From Lingula anatina (lineage: Eukaryota > Animalia > Brachiopoda): a DNA stretch of 64,000 nucleotides. The notes beneath the pieces are model-generated. The model did not search any database and had not been told where the DNA came from. It was given only the letters and a program-made list of their open reading frames with translations. The translations under genes were made by a program, and so were the position numbers. The number at the start of each line of letters is the position of its first letter. The stretch's first letter is position 1. The stretch lies in NCBI GenBank assembly GCA_051362555.1, contig CM120640.1, forward strand, positions 41,270,788 through 41,334,787, read 5' to 3'. Shown in pieces: positions 12,701 to 24,700 of this stretch.

Positions 12701-15700
12701 TTACAACTTAGGCTAGGTACCATGTTTATGTAAACATATGCACTGCTGTCCACTGTGACGGGAACATCCTCTTATGTTTTTGTAGGAGTTAGAAGAGCAG
12801 GTGAAGCTTCACCAGGCCACCATCCACAACCTGCACACGTCAAGCCAGGAGATCGTCCAGCAGTCCTCCTCTCCTGAAGCTGGCCTTCTGGCGGAAAAAC
12901 TGGAACAGCTCAATAGGCGTTGGCAGGCTGTCTTCACTGATATCTCAGATAGGAAAGACAGGCAAGTATTGTCTTACACACTGTGGCTACTGTTAATGTA
13001 TTTTTTTCTTACAGATTTCAAAACAGTTTATTGCAGCAGCACACATTATTATTTAGGGCCAGTGTGATTTTTCTCCTTGTGCTCATTCACATTATCCCGT
13101 AAACTGACATAAGCTTACTATACATTAGTAACAGTGCATGGACAAGGGGGTATTAATAATTTTCATTAATCTCTTTTCTTTCATTTTACATATTGAATAG
13201 TAATAAATATAATGATATTTTATACATATTTTAATTTCTTAAACAATCTTCCAATTATAATTTAGCAATTTTTAGTTGGTTTTATCTACTGAAATGTTTT
13301 TCAAAATTCCAATATATCAGTATTGTGTAAAAGTATGAAAACCTTTAAGAAACCCTTATCACATTTACCAAAATCTAACACAGTAAACCAAAGAGAATAA
13401 AAACACAAACTGTGTTGCAATATGCATGTCATGTTGACACAAATATACATATATACTCCCACATTTATGATTTACACTGTGATGTGAAAATGGAATGATT
13501 TCTGCTTTCAATGCAGCATTGTTTCCCTTTCTGAAACTATACAGCGTAGAATTACATCATTAGCATATAACCAAAAGAGCAGCACAGACTACAACTTCAA
13601 TGTCAAGTTGATGACCAAATAAAGCCAAAAATCTTTATTTGCCCTTGACAAGAAATCCAAACATGTTCACTCAAGTGTAAAGAAATAGGTCAACTATCTG
13701 TGTAGCACTGAAGGGGTAGCTGACAAAAGGAAGGTACCAAGGATTCGGCAAATTTTGACATGTGTCTAATCACTTTTATATCACTCCTAAAAAGTTGCAG
13801 AGAAGGTGACAAAATATTTAATCAGATTCATCAGTTCACTTACACTGTCTTCATAGAACCTTAACTTACTCATCTCTCCCCACCCCCCTAAATTGTTGCA
13901 AACCATATAACTTGACCTGACAATTTTAGCAGTTGAAAAAAGCAGCCACACACAAAAGCAATATATTTTCACTTTCACCTTTATTTTATATTGCTATTTG
14001 ATCCTCAAAGGGTGTTTTTCTTCTACTTTTACACAACTGTGGAGCATAAAATAATCTGGGTACATCAAAATAATCTCAACATTTTATAAGCTGTCATTGA
14101 AAATATAAGGAAACTGACTGTCCAAATGACAGCTGGACAGCTCCCTGGGAAGGCCTTACCCATATTATTAATAGAGATAGTTACTTGCATTTATAATTTG
14201 CCATGTGTATGTGTAACTATGACTTTGTTGGATGCTATTGCAAAAATACCATTATTTGCACATCTAGAAACTATTTCAGCTAAACACATTACCTATTTTA
14301 TTGTCTGTTGTAAATCATTTTTAGTAAAGAAGTTTTTACAGTCTTAAATAATTAAAAACTTTGACTTTGTTGTTTATATAATGTAATGTAATTTCACTTA
14401 AAATTGATTACATTAATTTTTTTCCACATTTCTTTATGAATTGCAAAATTGATACCTGTAGATTTGTTATGTATTATACAGAATTGAAATAGCTCAGGTA
14501 TTGGTACTCTGGATTAAGCTATTAGTATTTGGTTTAGTTAAATGCTTTTCTAAATTCCATTATTTAAACTTGTAGGTTTGAGGCTGAGGCAATGGAGACC
14601 AGTGTTTTTAGTGAGGAGATGGACGAGTTGTTCTTCTGGTTGGATGAAACGGAGACCATCTTGAACACCACTGTCAGGATAGCAGACGAACAATATTTGG
14701 AAGATTTATTAGAAAAAGTCAAGGTAATATCTACTAACAGCATTGAATATAATACAAAATGGCATTGTAGGGTTGGTATTAATGATAAAGATCAGGATAG
14801 GTTAACTTGATTGTGTCAAAGAAGGATGAGGTTAAACAAGGATTAAACCTCAGATTAACTCTAAAAGCTTGTTTATATCGACAGTTTTACCAAAAGCTCT
14901 TCTGTAATCCAGCTAAAACTTGACTTCACTGAGATGTAAATCCAGGTTTAAAAACATAGATAATTTGACACAATTAGATTTTAAATTAAACCAGAGTTTT
15001 GAGTAGAATTGAAGTAAAACCAAGGGTACATGCGTAAATAAGGGATGAAACTTCAGTTAGAAGATACAAAAACCCATAGACATGAAATCATCCCCAAGGT
15101 GGATTAACATGCTAAGGCATTTAGTGCAATTCGTAGTGATTCAGGGAGGTTAAAAGTTGGTAATCTGTTATAATAGAGGGATGAGAGATTGTGATATCTG
15201 GACAATCTTGACAATTTATTTTTCCTTCTGACATTGCTAGAAATGACTTGTTTTTAAATTGGTTTTGAAGGAGCAGTTGCAGTGGGAAGATTCCCCTAAA
15301 TTGATTTGATAAATTGAGCATGTTTGTTTGTTTTGTTGGAAATATAAATCTTTAAATGCATTTGCTATGAGAAGTTACATTAGTATGGCACTTAAAGTGA
15401 ACTATTATCACATAAACAAAATTATTACTGTGTAGTGGTATGGTATATGTATTCTCCAAACAGCTGCAAGGCAGTAATACTGTAGGGTCTTGTATATCTC
15501 CGCTCTAATGACTGTTAATGCTAGAGTAAACCCTGAGGACACAGTAAAATTGGTGAAAGTTCTCACGCAATTTTGATCCTGCTCCCAGGTATGAGACCTG
15601 TGTATTACTCACGTATATCCAGGAGATACAGTCAACTTCTCTATATAGTCCATGGTAACAGATTTTCAGAGACTATCTACACTGAAAAATAGGGAGTAAA

Positions 15701-18700
15701 ATAGACGTGGGGTTTTGTTTAGAATACTAAGCAGCAAGATGTACAACCTTTTCAGGACGCTGCCACCATTTGAGTGTCTTGCTGTGAATAATAAGGGACC
15801 TCTGTGCTAGGTCTGTCGACCTCGGTGTGTGTTTGAGAAGACAGAACCATAGGCTTTTGTTATGCAGCAAAAAATTGAACTCTGAAGTGCAAGGTGACTG
15901 TGATTCATGCTTTTTAAATTAATGGATACTCCTTGCGGATGCTTGAAAAAATTGATTGACAATAGTGCCAGACATTGGTGGTAATTTGTTTCCATATTTG
16001 ACTTTTTTCAGGATCGTGAGGAAGATATTCCCTCTCGGCAGCAGAGTTTGAAGACGTTGAACTCCACAGCAGACGATCTGGTTGCTGCTCCCACCACCTC
16101 CCAGGAAGATGCTGCCAATATCAGGAAGGACATTGCTATGCTCACTGCCAGATGGGACAAGGTGAGCAGTTAGATGCACCCATAATAAAGAGAACCGAAT
16201 TCACCACATGGCATTTATTAGTCTTTGGACTTAAAATTCAATTTTATTTTATTGAGGGAAAGCAAAAATCCTTAAAGCGCGAAATTAGTAAATGTACCTT
16301 TAGTTATAGTGCTGAAGCTTCAGGACATTAAAGGGGGCTTTAGAATACAATATGGATATTTACTTCCATGCGCCAACTAGTTTGACATGGCTGATATCTT
16401 TATGAAGACAAATTACAGGTTGTCATCAAGTCAAAGTCATTTATCTGCTTGTTTTGGTTGATGACATTTTAATGTCCTACTTTAAAAAAGAGACTTCTTT
16501 TGTATGGGATTTTTTTATGATAATTTTGTGTATATGACCTTCCTACAGGTGGTGGCTGGCCCAGCATAACCTCTCCCAACAGCTGTCACCATGTAAAAGG
16601 TTTATAACTATACATGTACTAGGCCTTACTGTCACAGAGTCTGCCAAAACATGGAATAAACATAATCTAACCAGCCAATCTACATTGTCTATCTAGGCAT
16701 TTTTTTTACTGTTATCTTTCTTGAATGGAAAGTGAAAGGTATTTTTTCAACAAATTGACCATGTCAGTCGTCACTCCATCTTGTTATCTGCTGCAGGTGA
16801 CCAGTGATATCCCAGGGAAGAGAAAAGCATTGGAGGAACGTCTGCAGCATCTCAAGTCTTTCCAGGAGGAAGTGGAGGACCTGCAGACTTGGGTTTCTGA
16901 GACTAAGGCTCTGCTGGATCAGCAGCTCCACCCCACTAGTACCACGTCACCGGGAGAGAGAGACTCTGTTATTGTTGACCCACAGGTAAGACAAGGTAGC
17001 CAGGCTGTGGCAGTTGATGGTGATGGATGAAAAAGAAGGTTAAATTGTGACTGTTTGAGAGATTCAAATTGTGGTGGACTTTAGAAGGAAGTAACTATGG
17101 AACTCTATGAAAGAGAAATTGCCTCAGTTGGTTGGTTAGCATGGAAAAGAGAAATAGGATCCATTTGGTTAGCGTGGTCTATATCATTGGACTTATATAT
17201 AAAAACATTATCAAGTAACACTGATCTTTACACACTGTTACATTGAAAATGATTTTCATATGTAACTACCAGGTGTTAGTTCCTGCAAAATAATGTGTTA
17301 ATCACCTAATGAATCTGTGTTAATTTTATTCATTTACTCATGCAATTTGTATAGACTTGCTACTTATGTGCTTTCAGACAATGCAAAGTGCGCTGAATTC
17401 CAGGCAGAAAAACATTGATGATGTAAATGACACATTTAATGGATTACTTGAGGAGTGCAGTAAGATGGACTTGACTGTACCAGCACATATTCAGAAGAAA
17501 GTTATGACACTCAATACTGATTGGGAGAAAGTAAAAGAAATGGCAACCAATCTCCGCCCTTCCTCCAGCACTGAAGTGGTATACCAAATAGGTAAGAAAT
17601 CTTTCCGGCTATTTCTTCTTGGCTTTTATTGAAAAGCCGATAGAATTTTTAAAATAATTTCCATAAAAAAAGGTATTATATCTTACATTTAGAGAAATTT
17701 AGAGCAGTGTCACATGACATTTGATTTATTAGTCTCACTGACTCATAAATAGTCTCAGTTAGGTTTTTGTCCATTTTAAAGCAAGACATGCACTGTAATG
17801 AATTTTATTTTGTTACTTTCTACTTTTTGCCTCTCTGCAAGAGTAATCGTGTGCAAAAGGGTGGAGCCATTGTATTCAAAGTGAATCATTATTATATTAA
17901 CATGACTGGTAATCTTCTTGTCATTGTTTGACAAATGTTTTTAGGTTACAGTCTGCTGTCTGTGAAAATAGTAACTTGCTATTTAGTGGCATTTCATTAA
18001 AAATGTATTGATTCAGTGATTTAAAAAAATGGAAAGATTTTGTTGAACATTTATTTTTTGTTTTTCCTAAGGATGTACATAAATTGATAATAGTTCTTGG
18101 TTACATTTTGTGAATCAATACAAAAATATATTTAAAAAAACGGAAGTCAGTAAAAGACAAAAATATAATGAATATATGAAAAATATTACATCCTTTTTTC
18201 TATCATTGTCTCGAATTTATAAAACATGTCTGCTTTGTGCCACTGAGCCTGCTGGAAATACATTGTAAACCTGCTGCTTATGGTGTCTTCAGCACAAGAT
18301 AGCTTCATTTTGTGAAAATGGACAGAATTTGAATTATGGATTTGAAGAACAATCAACTCACAGAAGTTGATCAAGACATTATGATAGCTCTCCATTTATT
18401 TGTGAGGCGATTGCTATTTAATCAAGTTAGGCCATAAAGATACAGCCTGATTAGATGAAGTGATGTGCCATTGTGTTCCTGTCTATGTTCAGCATCACTG
18501 GGACAGTGTACTGATAGAACTTAGTTATATTTTAACTCCCCATGTTCAACTGTGGATCAATACTGAGCTGAATCTTCACTTATTTAATATCGGAATCTGC
18601 ATTAAAGCACCATAAACTGGCAGATATTTTTCTTTCATTCTGATGCTCGCCAACCACACTGAGCAAGTGGAGGAAGCTCATAAGATATCTTGTCTTCATT

Positions 18701-21700
18701 TTCTGTTGGTGAATATTCCAGAGAAAGCAGAGATGAAGAGCAGCGATGACGAGATGTGGCCCGAGTTCGACAAGTCTGTGGTAGAGCTAAGGGATTGGTT
18801 GACTTTACTGGAGCAAATGCTCAAGTCTCAGATTGTCACTGTTGGGGATATTGAAGAAATAGAAGAGATGATTTCAAAACAGAAGGTAAGGTTATCATCA
18901 TACTCTTAGTCTCATTATTGTCAGAGTCCAGTGTTTTTTGTGGCATCCTTTTTTACTTTATTAAAAGATTTTGATGTCATTCCTGAATATTAATAAATTG
19001 CATTTGTCTGTTTCTGTTAACTTGTGCCAATGTGTTAAGTGTATGTTTGTCAGTAGCATTATTGTAATGATAACTAGAATTATTTGTTGGAAGTAGCGTT
19101 TCATGTGCTCAGTTTTTGTTATGTAAAAGAAACTGTTTGTTATCGCCACTTTTATATTGCTTTTTATAATCCACTGGCACTAATAATATACACAGCTATG
19201 CTGTTTATGATTCTGAGTTTACCACTAAAGGCAGGAACCGAGTTTCAGGAAAAACATTCAGAAAAATATTAATCTGAATATCCCATATTGATCTCAACAA
19301 AATATTCCCTTGCCTGCCTTTATTAGTCATAACAAGTATACCACTTGCTTTTATTAAAACATCATCACAGTTACATATAGCATGTTACAGCAGCTCACTT
19401 CTTTAAAACTTGGACATAAGTTGATATTTTTTGGACGTCTGCATGGATTGCCAACTAACTCATTGTGTCTTCCATGATGAAAACAGCCTGTGCCAAGGGA
19501 AAAGCATTTTTCTGTTCAACTTAAATGAAGAGAGTAAATCAGTTTAGAAGTTTACACAGCTAACTGAAAACAGATATATTAGCATCCCAAAGGACAGTTA
19601 TGCAGCGAATTGCTGCATTGTTGATCAATTGATTTTATTATGTCATTAATCACAATAAAATGAATCGGTATGGATTTTCCATTTACTGCAGGCATGTGAA
19701 CACTGCCAGTCACACGTGTTACAGTAATTTTCTAGTCATAGTTTTCTAGTTGTATTTGTATGCTATTACCCTTGTATTTTTTTTCTCAGGTAGTTTAGGT
19801 AGCTAAAGTAGTATTTAAATTTTAATTTTTTTCAACAGAGAGCATTTGAATGTGTGAGCTCACGACCTCTTACTTCCCTTAGCTGTGATGATGTAGACAC
19901 CATACGCTCTATGGTTAGAGACATACGCCAGCATATTCTTGTACTGAAGGTGTGTTTCTGCTTGCCTTTCAACTCCGCAATTGTTACATCTAACATGCTA
20001 TCACATCTAACACTTTGTCAAAACCCAACAAACTACTATGAACAGGCTGCCCAACACCCTGCCACATCTGTCACATTGTCACATCATAACACACTGTCAC
20101 ACCTAGCACAATGTGGTCATACATCACTTATTCTATAAAATCTTTCACACCATACTATTTTTCTATTTTAATTTAAGAGCTTAGTAAGCATGCTTATGTT
20201 TGTTTCACTATTTTACTCTCTCTAAACTTTTTCACTGCTTATGTCACTTTACTTTTAGCTTATTTTTGTTTGCATATTTTGTTATCAACTGTGATTGTTC
20301 AATATGTATAAGTAAATGTTTGAAAACTATTTAATTGCCTTTGCATGAACTAGCATCTGTAAATAAGAAGAAAGACTCCCTTGCATGTGTGGGAGATTGA
20401 TTTGTAAGGGTCATAGTTTTGCTAGCAATAGTATTTGCTAGTAATGTATTATCATAGGACTAACGAAATGTGTGTAATACCTTGCTAATATGGGAGTCTC
20501 TGAATGAAGAGCAGTTGTGGTCCTGTTTCAGTCGATTTGCTTATGAACCTTGACCACTGATACACTACTAGCTTCAAAGCAAGATCTGAGTGACGAACTT
20601 ATCTTTGTTTTTTGCTAGCTGTCTTCCCTTCATTAACATAATATATCCTGATCCTCTTTCACACATGTTATAGGATATTTAACCAACCCTTTATACCTGG
20701 TTTTGGAGGTATAAGGTACTTCTGCATGCTCTGCCCTGAAAAAATGTGGTTTGATTTCTCAATAACCAATAAAATGTGTGTTGCCTTCAAAAATTTGAAA
20801 TTTTGGTGGGAAAAAACGAGCACAAGCTTCATTATCTTCGGATGGAATATGGAAGACAAACAAAACATAGTTGCCAATAAAAATCCTATCGATAAAACTA
20901 ATACTAAGGGGAAATATTCCCTGTAGGAAAGGAGCACAGTCCAAATAAGGAGAAATGGCAAGATTATCAGTTTTGGATCAAATCAGGAAGGATTGATTTG
21001 ACATGAAATACTGATGTCTGGTTATTAGATTACCCTGCGGTTTTATATACAGACACTGTAGATGTCTGTGTATATTTTGTTCATCCGAGTCTGTCTGTGT
21101 TGTGACCTTCACTATTTTAGTTTTTTTTTTCATAGAAATGTCAACATTTTGTCCTAATCTGTAGAGTATAATGTATTAAATGTGCATTTTAGGACAAATT
21201 TAAGTTAGCAATTATATAGATACTTCAGATTAACCAGGGTAAACCCTGTTTAGAATGCATGCATTTGTTCCATTGTTTTGGTTTGGCATTCTCTGGTGTT
21301 TAGACAAAGATAAAGTTTTTTTTTTGTTTGTTTGGAAAAAGATAAGTTTTTTTTTTAACTCTCCTTTTTCCATCACTTGATGTGTTACAAAGATTCTATT
21401 GGTCTGTTTCTGTCATTACAAAGATTCTATTGGTCTGTTTCTGTCATATATCCATTTTTGCCTCCCCATTTATATGTCTGTATATGTACCAATCTTGCTT
21501 CGTACTTTTTATATTAATGTTTGTTCTAATCTTGTTTGTTATAACATGGCTTGGTTCCCTAGAAACTTGAATATGTGGCATATGAGTTTTGAATGGACCT
21601 AATTTCCTTTTAACCAATGACCATCTTTATTTAAACTCTTCTATCATACCAGCATTTTGTTACTAATCATTGTAATTCAGTTGAATAGGTGAATAGTGAG

Positions 21701-24700
21701 GTTCCTGCATTATGTTGAATGCTGATTATTTCAGACGATTCTCAGTGATTTGGAAGGCAAGCAGCCTCACCTGCAGGACCTGATCACAGCAGGGGAGAAC
21801 TTGAAGAGTCAAACTGAGGAGGAAAACGATAAGCAGGTGCTACAGGAAAAAGGTGAGATGCTACACAGGTAGAGATAACAGTGTGCTAGGTGAGAGAAAT
21901 GATTGTGTCAGGTTGTGATAATGACTTCTCCAGTGTCTCATTATTGTTGTAGGTTTATGAATCAGCAGTGCTAGTCAACTTGGCTTTATGTATTTCACAG
22001 ACACAAATTGCAGGGTTTTGTTTCATCTTCATTCATTAAGGTGTGTTAGGTGTGAAAACAGCTCATGTCAGATTGCGCTCTTGTTATTTAGCCTTCACAC
22101 GTGACTTACAGCATGCTTTGGAATGACATCACTTATCTGCCCACTCTTCTCAATTTATTTCAAATCATTGATTTTAACGTACCTCCATCAGTTGTATTCC
22201 CACAGGACGGGGCTTAGGATGAAAGAACTAGGGTTAATATGCTGTCATTGTATACACAGCCCCTGCAATAGCAGATTATGAAAGTGATCATTGGACAGAT
22301 AAAATTTCTATAACTGGGAATTACAAAGGTTGTAGTGTGAGGGGAAATTAAGGTTGGTGTTCCTTTGAGATATTTCCAAATGATCAATACTTAGGGAACA
22401 GTCTCAAAGTAAAACAAGTGAAGGGCTCTATTCTCCTGAAGTATTTGCCTTGTGGTGTTAGTTTCAGCTGGCTATGTTTACAACTCCTTATATACAAAGA
22501 TGGCTCATCATCAGGTCCATGTGTGAAATTACTTCTACATTGATTCTGTGTCAGAGCGTTTTATCTTGATCCATCTCAGAAGCTAGGAAGGAAAATAGTT
22601 TTTCTGGGTTTCTGTTTGATTGATATCTTGTAGTCAATACTGTCAGAATAGGGGCCTCATTGAATTAATTCTACATCAGGGTGAACCCTGCCTCACTGCT
22701 ATAGATAGTTATTTATGGGACATAAGTATGTTGCAATCTTCCTAGCACTTCAGCGTAAGCCAGGATCAATGTCAGAGCATATTTAGGCAGCAGCCAGGTT
22801 GTTGTTCATTGGTGGACCAGCTCATTCTCTACAATGATAATTCTAGTAATGAGATAATGGCTAACATCATTCTGTACCTCTGTTGAGTTGTCATATTGCA
22901 TAACCTGCAGACTGTGCGGAGTGGGACTGTGCCTGAGTTCAGAAATTTTGCCAAGACAGTAACATCAGGGGAAAGGCTGTGTTTTTTTATCATGGCTGAA
23001 TATTTGGAAAAGGTTTCCAATTTTTGGCAAGGTTTTAAAAATTTGTTCTCAGACAACAATGATGGTTTCTCAGGTAATGTTCTAAGAAAGAAATTGTTTG
23101 TATTCTATATTTGATCATTTTAAATCTATTGTGATTTTATTTTTATGTCCTGTTTATTAAATTTATAATTTATAATATTTCTTGATAAAAAAAATTGTAA
23201 TATGTAGTTATAGAAATTAAGTTAGATATAAAAGCAAAAATGTATCAACTCTTTAATTAGAAATAATAAGATAATTACAGTAAAACTTCATTGTTTAACT
23301 CAAAGTTGAATTTGTTTTTAGTTGAACGGCTGAGGGAACATTGGGAAGAAGCCAATGCCAAAGTGACTTTCAGAAAGAACCAGCTTGATGACATGCTATT
23401 AGAGTGCAAGCAGTTTGACGAGAAAAGAGCCGAGTTTGACCGCTGGGCAGACAAGGTGGAGGAGGACCTCAAGGCAATCACACCTGAGGACGAACCACCA
23501 CCAGAAGACCTGGAGAAGCAACTTAATGATCATAAGGTAAGGTTACACTCAAGGTCTGGCTGTTTTGAAAATGTTTACTTTGCAGGTTTTTCAAAGAAGG
23601 GTCAACTTGGGTCAGAAACCAGGCAAAAGTATAAAACATTGAGCGTGGCTTATTTTCAGACTTTATTACTGGTTTTTTTTGTTTTTTTTCCCCTGCAATT
23701 AAACTGTCCTTGTTCTGTGTCTAATGAATGGCAGTTAAGTAGATAAAAATATATGAAAGAAAGATCTCAAAAGAACGAGGTTACAGTGGGATGACTTGAG
23801 CCTTTACAAGACTGAAAGATGTCATAATTTGAATTTTTACATTATTTGCAGACCAGTAAAGTTAATGTCCACTTTAAGATATTTCAAAGCAAATTTGTAC
23901 CCAACAAACCACTCTGGTAAAATCCCTCAAGCATTAACTACCATTCACACAGTGTGTACTATAATAGTGTATTAGTAATTAGTTTAAGTTTGATTAGCGC
24001 CTCTGCATGGTGTCCTTTGAGATCCTGGCGCCACCAGATATCACTTGGCCTACACCCAGAACTTTTGCTTTGGGAAACGTTTGAGAAAATGATTACTGAA
24101 GAAAATTTTCAGTTTTGGTGAAGGCTCAGAGGAGAGACCCAGTAAAATGCTTATAAAGACTGTTTCAATTTACCCTGGGTTCCTCCTTTTTTTTTTTCTT
24201 GGAAATGCTGTTGAAAGCTTTCATGAGTGAACTTTTTAAGTTTGTGGCATTTTGAGACATGTTCCTTCAAGTTGACAGCAGTTTTTAATTTTCCGAACAT
24301 AATGCTCTTTTGTATTATAGTCATTTAGAGAACTGAAGTATAAAATGTACCATACGTGACAGAATTATTAGAAGACAGCAGTTTTTAAGATAATGGAGTG
24401 TAATATTTGCAAGTTAATGCAAAGCTGAAAGAATGGCGAGTAAGTGACCTTAGATTGGCAAGGCTTACATGTTTGCATATCCCCTTTAAACACATTCTTA
24501 GAGCATGTCAATATTTAATCCAACACTGGAATCAATTTTAGTATTGATATTGTTCATGTTCAGATTTATAACTGAGGCAAACGAGGAAGGATTATTGTGT
24601 GTTATGAAATGGGATTCCCAAAGGTTATTTTCCAATTCCACAAAATAATCTCTTAGTCATGTTTTCCGTCTGCATTAACTCAACAAGTATTCTATCCGTC

